Origin: Antedon mediterranea
Taxonomy: Eukaryota; Animalia; Echinodermata
DNA: 64,000 nucleotides
Assembly (NCBI RefSeq): GCF_964355755.1
Contig: NC_092673.1
Coordinates: 19,961,648-20,025,647, forward strand
Direction: 5' to 3'
Shown one piece after another: positions 1 through 12,089 of the stretch (positions are counted from its first letter, which is position 1; each line of letters starts with the position of its first letter). Position numbers and translations under genes: made by a program. A model generated the notes under the pieces. It was given only the letters and a program-made list of their open reading frames with translations, was not told the DNA's origin and did no database searches.

Positions 1-1385
1 GTTGCGCAACATGACTTACGCGCGTTTTTACGAATTTCGCGTATTTAATATAGATCGAAAACCATATAACAATTTAAATTGAAACTTAACAAAAGTTTAA
101 TTTATATCTTGCGCTAACTGACTGTGGGGAAAAAATGGCATGTTTCACACGAAGTAACGCGCGCATGGGCATTTAAAATTTCAAATTGAGAAAAATCAAT
201 TTCTAATCAACTTTCTACGCGTTTCATGTCATTTTGAGCATGTCAAAATTCCCAGGCGTGCGCATTTTTTTACGCGTGCGGTGCACACGTAGCGTTGAAA
301 ACAATTTTTTTTCCGTGATTTATGTTTTTCCACCCTTTTTTAGTAATTTTACCAATTTCTAAACATTTTCGACTTAAAATCACGTCATACGGGCACGTCG
401 AATTGGATAATTTATGTGCGTTTTTGATGAAAAAGTTCAAAAATTTGTCAAAATTTGTCAAAATTATACCTTTTTTTAAACAGTCGTAGTTTCTAAACCA
501 AACGGTGAAAGTTATTTTTATTGCATATTCTGGAAGTTGATGAGTTGTAAATATCGGATCATGCATTAATATGGCTAACCGGACATTGTGACGTCACTGT
601 ATGGCCACGCGAATACAAAATTTAGGATTTTTGTATCTTTCGTCATAGCTCATCACATTTAATAGAGCGCATCTACACTTATCCGTTTTCCATTTTCACC
701 CCGATTTTGATATTGTCTAGGTCAATCAACTGTCTTTCGCATGAGTTAAAAATATTTTAATTTTTATGACGTCATCATGCCTAAAAATTTAAATTACATG
801 TTGCATAAATTTCATCTTTACAGTAAATTTTAATCTGTTATAGCTCGTAAGAATGAAATGTGATAATCACGATTAAAACGTTTTCTGGAAGCTATTGAAT
901 TGTAGATACGAAATCATGTGAACATTTTGCCAATCTGATGTTGTGAAGTCATCATATGGCCAGTTAAATAAAAAAAGTCGTATTTTTATCTTTTGCATTA
1001 TAATTCATTACATTTAAAAGAGCGCGCATCAATATTTCACGTATTCAAATTTCTTCTACATGCTAATATATTGTTGCTGAGATAATTTCCTTCCGAAATT
1101 GCTACCTTCGGGTTTCATTTTGAAACCGTCAACATGTTAAAAATTGGAATAAATAGCGGGTCCCGTAATTTCACCTATTCTACACTGTATGTGATGTATA
1201 CAGATTATACTGTGTATACTATATGACACAAAATAACAGAATTCAGCAATAATAACATAATCATATTCTTCTTCAGGTCATAATGCCATAATCTTTTTCT
1301 GTGTGCAATATTCCAACGCATGACGTGCTCGTGGCGTTTGTCGTGCGGATAACTAACTCGTCAAAGTGACGAGTTTCATGTCTAG
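1..1385 (+). mobile_element. HINE unit, subfamily C (5' part outside window)
   Basis: Ends TGCGGATAACT-AACTCGTCAAAGTGACGAGTT-TCATGTCTAG; body homologous to 1461-3056. Confidence 0.85.
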
Positions 1386-1458
1386 TTGGTTATCCGCAAC
1401 GAAGTTGCAGGATAACCTCTTGTGATTGTACGAAATCATCATCAACATCAACTTTTTA

Positions 1459-3056
1459 TTAGTTATCCGCATTCAGCGGATAACTCCTTGTAACTGTCCT
1501 GTTTCATCATCTTTTTTTTTTCTGTATTCTTCTTTCTTTCTGTCATTTTTGTGTCACGCGTAACTCAAAAACGCGTAAACATAACATTTTATAACTTAGT
1601 CAACATGTGGGCCTTCACGTGAAGTTGTGCACCTGCTATTGTGAATGACGTCAGAGTTGCGCAACGTGACTTACGCGCGTTTTTATGAATTTCGCGTATT
1701 TAACATAGATCGAAAACCATATAACATTTTAATTTGAAACTTAGAAAAACTTTAAGTTATATCTTGCGCTAACTGACTGTGGGAAAAAAAAGGCATGTTT
1801 CACACGAAGTGACGCGCGCACGCGCATTTAAAATTTCAAAATGCGAAAAATCAATTTCTAATCAACTTTCTACGCGTTTTATGTCATTTTGAGCATGTCA
1901 AAAATTCCCACACGAGCGCATATTTTTACGCGCGCTGTGCGCACGTAGCGTTGAAAACAATTTTTTTCTCGTGATTTATGTTTTTCCAGCCTTTTCAAGT
2001 ACTTTTAGCAACTTTTACACAATTTTGACTTAAAATTAACGTCATACGAGCACGTCGAATTGGATAATTTACGTACGTTTTTGATGAAAAAGTTCAAAAA
2101 TTCCTTAAAATTTGTCAAAATTTTACCTTTTTTAAAACAGTCTTAGTTTCTAAACTAAACGGTAAAAGTTATTTTTATTACGTATTCTGGAAGATGATGA
2201 GTTGTAGATATCGTATCATGCATCAATATTGCTAACAGGACATTTTGACGTCATCGTATGGCCATGCGAATATAAAATATAGGATTTTTGTATCTTTCGT
2301 CATAGAGCATCACATTTAATAGAGCGCATCTCCACTTACCCTTTTTTCATTTTAACCCAGATTTTGATATTTTCTAGGTCAATCAACTACCTTTCGCATG
2401 GGTTAAAAATATTTTAATTTTTTTGACTTCATCATGTCTAAAAATGTAAATAACGTGGGTCACTAATTTTCATCTTTACAGTAACTTTCAATCTGTTATA
2501 GCTCGTCAGAATAAAAAGCGGTAATCATGATTAAAACGTTTTCTGGAAGCTATTGTATTGTAAATACGAATTCATGTCAACATTTTTCCAATCCGACGTT
2601 GTGACGTCATCATATGGCCAGTTGAATAAAAAAAGTCGTATTTTCATCTTTTGCGTCATAGTTCATCACATTTAAAAGAGCGCGCATCTATATTTTACGT
2701 ATTCTAATTTCTTCTACATGTTAATATGTTATTACTGAGATAATATCCTTCCGAAATTGCTATCTTAGTGTTTCATTTTGATACCGTCGCCATGTTAAAA
2801 ATAGGAATAAACGGGGGTCCCGTAATTTCACCTATTTTACACTGTATGTAATATGTATACAGATTATACTGTTTCAAGTACTATATACTATATGACACAA
2901 AATTGACAGAATTCAGCACTAACAACATATCATATTCATCAGTTCAGGTCATAATGCCATAATCTTTTTCTGTGTGGAATATTCCAACGTATGACGTGCA
3001 CGTGGCGTTTGTCGTGCGGATAACTAACTCGTCAAAGTGACGAGTTACATGTCTAG
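1459..3056 (+). mobile_element. Intact HINE, subfamily C, preceded by an orphan D-like head (1388-1417)
   Basis: Head AGTTATCCGCATTCAGCGGATAACT at 1461; tail TGCGGATAACT + hairpin + CTAG at 3053-3056. Confidence 0.88.
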
Positions 3057-4637
3057 TTAGGTGATCATTTAGAATAAAATGATCACCTATTGTTATTGTA
3101 TGAAATCTTTATTTTTATTTTTTTTCTTTCTGTACACTTTTTGTGTAACAAATATCTCAAAAAGTTGAATAACAATGATCACAAAAATTTCACAATGTCT
3201 TTCAAATACTTTAACTTAGCCATAATAAGCTTTTCAGCGTGATCACTGACCCGTGACGTCACGTATACGCCATTTTGTGAAATCACATTATCAATCATAT
3301 ATCCATAATTCATTATCACATATTTATGAAATTTACTACACGTAAACTTCAGGTCAAGGGTAAAAATATTAGCAAATAAAAACGTGCGCGCACGTAGGTT
3401 TATGCGCGTGAAATCGCGCATTAAAAATTTAAAAAGCTCAAAATTACGTTTTAATCAATTTAGAGCATGAATTAGGCCATTTGCGTGTTTCAAAAAATTA
3501 CTGCGCAAAAAAATTATTTTGCGCGCGCGATACTTACAAAGTGTAAAAATTGCAATTTTTTATACAAATCGCATTCTATTCACCATCCTTAGTACATTCA
3601 CCAAATTTGAGTCAGTTCCGACTTAAAATAACGCTATACGAGCAGGTTAAAAATGACAAAATGCGCAAATTAATTGCATCAAAGTGATGAAAATGGTGAA
3701 AAATAAGGCCTTTTTAAAATGAATATAACTCTTCAGAATGGCAGGTGACCCCCAATTTTTTTAACTTATTCGGGAAGCCATTGGGTTGTAGATACATATT
3801 CATGTACACATTAGATGTACAAAATGGTATGACGTCATCAAATGGCCACTTGAATTTAAAAATTAGGAATTTTTATCTTTTTGTGAGGGTTATCACATTC
3901 AATAGAGCGCATCTCCGTTATTTGAGCCCGATTTTCGCACAACTTTTAGTATGTGCTTGCTCAATTAATTATTCTTCTAATGAGTTGTCAAAATTTTTAT
4001 TTTGATGACGTCATCACGCGTAAAAACTTGAATAACCTAGGTCGTGTAATTTCAGCTACACCATACATTTGAATATCTTATAGCTCTTCAGAATTAAAGG
4101 TGACCTTGAAGATTATAACTTATTATGAAAGCTGATGAAATGTAGATATGAATTCATATTAAAATTAAGCCTATCGGATGTTGTGATGTTATCATATGGC
4201 CAGTTGAATTTAAAAAGTAGTTTTTAAATTTCTTTAGTCAAAGTTATACAAATTTCAAAGACCGCGCATTGCGCTTCTACGTGTCAAATTTTCTTCCAAT
4301 CCTTATATTTATTTGCTCATTTCATTATCTTTCGAAATTGTCATCTTCGAGTTTATTTTGAAAATTGCATCATACCAAAAAATTAGAACACGATATGAGT
4401 CCCGTATTTTCACCTATGCTACACTGTATATAGATATACAGTATATACTGTACATATTGTATGGCATATAATAGGCACAACTCAGCACTATAAGCGTATG
4501 CATCATGTCATAGGATGGCGTACATTAACTTTTTACGATGGTATGTTAACGTACGTGCATGTTTAAAAAGTGTTAATTTCATTAAAATTATAAAAATGAT
4601 CACCTATAATTCGTCAAAGTGACGAATTAAATTCTAG
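3057..4637 (+). mobile_element. Intact HINE, subfamily B
   Basis: Head AGGTGATCATTTAGAATAAAATGATCACCT at 3059; tail ATGATCACCT-AT-AATTCGTCAAAGTGACGAATT-AAATTCTAG. Confidence 0.88.
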
Positions 4638-4753
4638 TTAGGTGATCATTTAGAATAAAATGATCACCTATTGTTATTGTACAAAATCTTTATTGTTATT
4701 AGGTGATCATTTAGAATAAAATGATCACCTATTGTTATTGTACAAAATCTTTA

Positions 4754-5965
4754 TTGGTTATCCGCACTTGGCGGATAACCTCTTGTTATTGTCAGGATCT
4801 TTTTTTTTTTCTTTTTTTTTTTTTTCTATATTCTTCTTTCTTTCCACGAATTTTGTTGCTAGTGTATCTCTAAATCTTCTTAACATAACATTGTATAACT
4901 TTATGAGAAGATTGATCTCTATTTGAAGATGTCGTAATAAGGTTTTCGGTACCGTCCGAGTTGCGCAGCGTAAGTTACGCGCGATTTTATGAATTTCGCG
5001 TATTTAATTTTGATCGAAAACTATTAAACCATTTAAATTGAAACTTGGCGGAAGTTTAATTTATATCATGCGCTAACTTTCTATGGAGAGAAAATGGCAT
5101 GTTTTACAGAAAGTTACGCGCGCACGCGCGTTTAAAATTTCAAAATGCGAAAAATCAATTTCTAATCAACTTTCTACGCGTTTCATGTCATTTTGAGCAT
5201 TTCAAAAATTCCCACGCGTGCGCAATTTTTTTACGCGCGCGTACGCACGTGGCACAAAAACATCTTTTTTTTGCTTGATTTTTGTTTTATCAGCCTTTTA
5301 TAGTAAATATACCAATTTTCAATCAATTTCGACTTAAAATCACGTCATACGAGCACGTAGAATTGAACAATTTACGCCGTTTTTTATGAAAAAGTTCAAA
5401 AATTCGTGAAAATTATGGCTTTTTAAAAAAAGTCATAGATTCTAAACTACGTGGTGAACTTTTTAAAAATTACAGATTCTGGAAGTAGATGAGTTGAAGA
5501 TATCGAATCATGCATGGATATGGCTAACCGGACATTTTGACGTCATCGTATGGCCACTCGAATATAAAATATAGAGTTTTTGTCTCTTTCGCATAGCTCA
5601 TCACATTTAATAGAGCGCATCTTCACTTATCCGTATTCCATTTCCCCCCATTTTGATATATTGTCTAGGCCAATCAATTATCTTTCGCATAATCTACCAT
5701 TTTTGAAATTGTGATGACGTCATCATGTCCAAAAGCGTCAATAACTTGGGTCCCTTATTTTCACCTATTCTGCACTGTATGTAGTACGTATACAGAATAT
5801 AGTGTATACCGTATATACTTTGACGTGACACAAAATAGAGAGCGCGCTAACATTTTTTCAATGGCATAATCGTTTTTCTGCGCGCAATATTCTAACGTAT
5901 AACGTGCACGTGGCCTTTGCGCTGCGGATAACCTAACTCGTCCGAAGTGACGAGTTCAAATCTAG
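4754..5965 (+). mobile_element. Intact HINE, subfamily A, nested behind two orphan B heads (4640, 4701)
   Basis: Head GGTTATCCGCACTTGGCGGATAACC at 4756; tail TGCGGATAACC-T-AACTCGTCCGAAGTGACGAGTT-CAAATCTAG. Confidence 0.88.
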
Positions 5966-8900
5966 TTATTATTGTTATTCTTCTTTCTGTACACTTTTTG
6001 TTCGTCAAATATCTCAAAAAGTTGAATAGCAATAATAACAAAAAATTCACAATGTCTTTCAAATACTTTAACTTAGCCATAATAAGCTTTTCAGCGTGAT
6101 CACTCATCCGTGACGTCACGTATACGCCATTTTGTGAAATCACATTATCAATCATATATCCATAATTCATTATCACATATTTATGAAATTCACTACACGT
6201 AAACTTCAGGTCAAGGGTAAAAATATTAGCACGTAAAAACGCGCGCGCACGTAGGGTCATGCGTGTGGAATCGCGCAGTAAAAATTTAAAAAGCTCAAAA
6301 TTACATTTTAATCAATTTAGAGCATGAATTAGGCCATTTGTGTGTTTCAAAAAATTACTGCGCAAAAAAAATATTTTGCGCGCGCGATACTTACAAAGCG
6401 TAAAAATTGCAATTTTTTTATACAAATCGCGTTCTACTCACCATCCTTAGTACATTCACCAAATTTGAGTAAGTTCCGACTTAAAATAACGCTATACGAG
6501 CAGGTTAAAAATAACAAAATGCGCAAATTAATTGCATCAAAGTGCTGAAAATGGTGAAAAATAAGGCCTTTTTAAAATGAATATAACTCTTCAGAATGGC
6601 AGGTGACCCCCAATTTTTTTAACTTATTCGGGAAGACATTGGGTTGTAGATACATATTCATGTACACATTAGACGTACAAAATGGTATGACGTCATCAAA
6701 TGGCCACTTAAATTTAAAAATTAGTAATTTTTATCTTTTTGTGTGGGTTATCACATTCAATAGAGCGCATCTCCGTTATTTGAGCCCGATTTTTGCCAAA
6801 ATTTTAGTATGTGCTTACTCAATTAATTATCTTTCTCAAGAGTTGTCAACATTTTTATTTTGATGATGTCATCATGTGTAAAAACTTTAATAACCAAGGT
6901 CGTATAATTTCAGCTACACCATACATTTGAATATGTTATAGCTCTTCAGAATTAAAGGTGACCTTGAAGATTATAACTTATTTTGAAAGCTGATGAAATG
7001 TAGATATGAATTCATATAAAAATTAGGCCTATCGGATGTTGTGACATTATGAAATGGTCAGTTTAAGTTAAAAGGTAGTTTTTTTCTCTCTTTCGTCAAA
7101 TTTATACAAATTTCAAAGAGCGCGCATTGCGCTTCTACGTGTCAAATTCTCTTCCAATCCTTATATTTATTTGCTCAATTCATTATCTTTCGAAATTGTC
7201 ATCTTCGAGTTTATTTTGATAATTCCATCATACCGAAAAATTTGAACATGATGTGGGTCCAGTAATTTCACCTATGCTACACTGTATATAGATATACAGT
7301 ATATACTGTACATAATAGGTACAACTCAGCACTATAAGTGTATATGCATCATGTCATAGGATGGCGTACATCAACTTTTTACGATCGTATGTTAACGTAC
7401 GTGAATGTTTAAAAAATGATAATTTCATTAAAATGATAAAAATGATCACCTATAATTCGTCAAAGTGACGAATTAAATTCTAGTTAGGTGATCATTTAGA
7501 ATAAAATGATCACCTATTGTTATTGTACAAAATCTTTATTGTTATTATTCTTCTTTCTGTACACTTTTTGTTCATCAAATATCTCAAAAAGTTGAATAGC
7601 AATGATCACAATAATTTCACAATGTCTTTCAAATACTTTAACTTAGCCATAATAAGCTTTTCAGCGTGATCACTCATCCGTGACGTCACGTATACGCCAT
7701 TTTGTGAAATCACATTATCAATCATATATCCATAATTCATTATCACATATTTATGAAATTCACTACACATAAACTTCAGGTCAAGGGTAAAAATATTAGC
7801 AAATAAAAACGCGCGCGCACGTAGGGTTAAGCGCGTGGAATCGCGCATTAAAAATTTAAAAAGCTCAAAATTACGTTTTAATCAATTTAGAGCATGAATT
7901 AGGCCATTTGCGTGTTTCAAAAAATTATTGCGCAAAAAAAATATTTTGCGCGCACGATACTTACAAAGCGTAAAAATTGCAATTTTTTTATACAATTCGC
8001 ATTCTACTCACCATCCTTAGTACATTCACCAAATTTGAGTAAGTTCCGACTTAAAATAACGCTATACGAGCAGGTTAAAAATAACAAAATGCGCAAATTA
8101 ATTGCATCAAAGTGCTGAAAATGGTGAAAAATAAGGCCTTTTTAAAATGAATATAATTCTTCAGAATGGCAGGTGACCCCCAATTTTTTTAACTTATTCG
8201 GGAAGCCATTGGGTTGTAGATACATATTCATGTACACATTAGACGTACAAAATGGTATGACGTCATCAAATGGCCACTTCAATTTAAAAATTAGTAATTT
8301 TTATCTTTTTGTGTGGGTTATCACATTCAATAGAGCGCATCTCCGTTATTTGAGCCCGATTTTCGCCGAAATTTTAGTATGTGCTTACTCAATTAATTAT
8401 TTTTCTCAAGAGTTGTCAATATTTTTATTTTGATGATGTCATCATGTGTAAAAACTTTAATAACCAAGGTCGTGTAATTTCAGCTACACCATACATTTGA
8501 ATATGTTATAGCTCTTCAGAATTAAAGGTGACCTTGAAGATTATAATTTATTATAAAAGCTGAATAAATGTAGATATGAATTCATATAAAAATTAAGCCT
8601 ATCGGATGTTGTGATGTTATCATATGGCCAGTTGAAGTTAAAACGTTGTTTTTAAATTTCTTTAGTCAAAGTTATACAAATTTCAAAGAGCGCGCATTGC
8701 GCTTCTACGTGTCAAATTATCTTCCAATCCTTATATTTATTTGCTCAATTCATTATCTTTCGAAATTGTCATCTTCGAGTTTATTTTGATAATTCCATCA
8801 TACCAAAAAATTTGAACATGATGTGGGTCCCGTAATTTCACCTATGCTACACTGTATATAGATATACAGTATATACTGTACATATTGTATATGACACATA

Positions 8901-11900
8901 ATAGGCACAACTCAGCACTATAAGCGTATATCAGGATGGTATACATCAACATTTTCCTATTGTATGTTAACGTACGTGCATGTTTAAAAAAATATTATGT
9001 CAGTAAAGCGATAAAAATGATCACCTATAATTCGTCAAAGTGACGAATTAAATTCTAGTTATTCTTCTTTCTGTACACTTTTTGTTCGTCAAATATCTCA
9101 AAAAGTTGAATAGCAATGATCACAAAAATTTCACAATGTCTTTCAAATATTTTAACTTAGCCATAATAAGCTTTTCAGCGTGATCACTCATCCGTGGCGT
9201 CACGTATACGCCATTTTGTGAAATCACATTATCAATCATATATCCATAATTTATTATCACATATTTATGAAATTCACTACACGTAAACTTCAGGTCAAGG
9301 GTAAAAATATTAGCAAGTAAAAATGCCCGCGCACGTAGGGTCATGCGTGTGGAATCGCGCAGTAAAAATTTAAAAAGCTCAAAATTACGTTTTAATCAAT
9401 TTAGAGCATGAATTAGGCCATTTGCGTGTTTCAAAAAATTACTGCGCAAAAAAAATATTTTGCGCGCGCGATACTTACAAAGCGTAAAAATTGCAGTTTT
9501 TTTATACAAATCGCGTTCTACTCACCATCCTTAGTACATTCACCTAATTTGAGTAAGTTCCGACTGAAAATAACGCTATACGAGCAGGTTAAAAATAACA
9601 AAATGCGCAAATTAATTGCATCAAAGTGCTGAAAATGGTGAAAAATAAGGCCTTTTTAAAATGAATATAACTCTTCAGAATGGCAGGTGACCCCCAATTT
9701 TTTTAACTTATTCGGGAAGCCATTGGGTTGTAGATACATATTCATGTACACATTAGACGTACAAAATGGTATGACGTCATCAAATGGCCACTTCAATTTA
9801 AAAATTAGTAATTTTTATCTTTTTGTGTGGGTTATCACATTCAATAGACCGCATCTCCGTTATTTGAGCCCGATTTTCGCCGAAATTTTAGTATGTGCTT
9901 GCTCAATTAATTATCTTTCTCAAGAGTTGTCAACATTTTTATTTTGATGACGTGATCATGTGTAAAAACTTTAATAACCAAGGTCGTGTAATTTCAGCTA
10001 CACCATACATTTGAATATGTTATAGCTCTTCAGAATTAAAAGTGACCTTGAAGATTATAATTTATTATGAAAGCTGATTAAATGTAGATATGAATTCATA
10101 TAAAAATTAAGCCTATCGGATGTTGTGATGTTATCATATGGCCAGTTGAAGTTAAAACGTTGTTTTTAAATTTCTTTAGTCAAAGTTATACAAATTTCAA
10201 AGAGCGCGCATTGCGCTTCTACGTGTCAAATTATCTTCCAATCCTTATATTTATTTGCTCAATTCATTATCTTTCGAAATTGTCATCTTCGAGTTTATTT
10301 TGATAATTCCATCATACCAAAAAATTTGAACATGATGTGGGTCCCGTAATTTCACCTATGCTACACTGTATATAGATATACAGTATATACTGTACATATT
10401 GTATATGACACATAATAGGCACAACTCCGCACTATAAGCGTATAACAGGATGGTATACATCAACATTTTCCTATTGTATGTTAACGTACGTGCATGTTTA
10501 AAAAATATTAATGTAAGTAAAGCGATAAAAATGATCACCTATAAATATTTTAACTTAGCCATAATAAGCTTTTCAGCGTGATCACTCATCCGTGGCGTCA
10601 CGTATACGCCATTTTGTGAAATCACATTATCAATCATATATCCATAATTTATTATCACATATTTATGAAATTCACTACACGTAAACTTCAGGTCAAGGGT
10701 AAAAATATTAGCAAGTAAAAATGCCCGCGCACGTAGGGTCATGCGTGTGGAATCGCGCAGTAAAAATTTAAAAAGCTCAAAATTACGTTTTAATCAATTT
10801 AGAGCATGAATTAGGCCATTTGCGTGTTTCAAAAAATTACTGCGCAAAAAAAATATTTTGCGCGCGCGATACTTACAAAGCGTAAAAATTGCAGTTTTTT
10901 TATACAAATCGCGTTCTACTCACCATCCTTAGTACATTCACCTAATTTGAGTAAGTTCCGACTGAAAATAACGCTATACGAGCAGGTTAAAAATAACAAA
11001 ATGCGCAAATTAATTGCATCAAAGTGCTGAAAATGGTGAAAAATAAGGCCTTTTTAAAATGAATATAACTCTTCAGAATGGCAGGTGACCCCCAATTTTT
11101 TTAACTTATTCGGGAAGCCATTGGGTTGTAGATACATATTCATGTACACATTAGACGTACAAAATGGTATGACGTCATCAAATGGCCACTTCAATTTAAA
11201 AATTAGTAATTTTTATCTTTTTGTGTGGGTTATCACATTCAATAGACCGCATCTCCGTTATTTGAGCCCGATTTTCGCCGAAATTTTAGTATGTGCTTGC
11301 TCAATTAATTATCTTTCTCAAGAGTTGTCAACATTTTTATTTTGATGACGTGATCATGTGTAAAAACTTTAATAACCAAGGTCGTGTAATTTCAGCTACA
11401 CCATACATTTGAATATGTTATAGCTCTTCAGAATTAAAAGTGACCTTGAAGATTATAATTTATTATGAAAGCTGATTAAATGTAGATATGAATTCATATA
11501 AAAATTAAGCCTATCGGATGTTGTGATGTTATCATATGGCCAGTTGAAGTTAAAACGTTGTTTTTAAATTTCTTTAGTCAAAGTTATACAAATTTCAAAG
11601 AGCGCGCATTGCGCTTCTACGTGTCAAATTATCTTCCAATCCTTATATTTATTTGCTCAATTCATTATCTTTCGAAATTGTCATCTTCGAGTTTATTTTG
11701 ATAATTCCATCATACCAAAAAATTTGAACATGATGTGGGTCCCGTAATTTCACCTATGCTACACTGTATATAGATATACAGTATATACTGTACATATTGT
11801 ATATGACACATAATAGGCACAACTCCGCACTATAAGCGTATAACAGGATGGTATACATCAACATTTTCCTATTGTATGTTAACGTACGTGCATGTTTAAA

Positions 11901-11970
11901 AAATATTAATGTAAGTAAAGCGATAAAAATGATCACCTATAATTCGTCAAAGTGACGAATTAAATTCTAG
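5966..11970 (+). mobile_element. Run of subfamily B units: headless 5966-7483, intact 7484-9058, headless 9059-11970 with a 1398-bp internal tandem duplication
   Basis: B bodies and tails; head present only at 7486; identical short ORFs recur 1398 bp apart (9426/10824, 9687/11085). Confidence 0.88.
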
Positions 11971-12089
11971 TTAGGTGATCATTTAGAATAAAATGATCAC
12001 CTATTGTTATTGTACAAAATCTTTATTGTTATTAGGTGATCATTTAGAATAAAATGATCACCTATTGTTATTGTATAAAATCTTTATTA

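Noticed and set aside
1355-1400. Rho-independent terminators (hairpin followed by T-run)
   Set aside because: The sequence is eukaryotic transposon DNA with no upstream genes; the hairpins are element termini.
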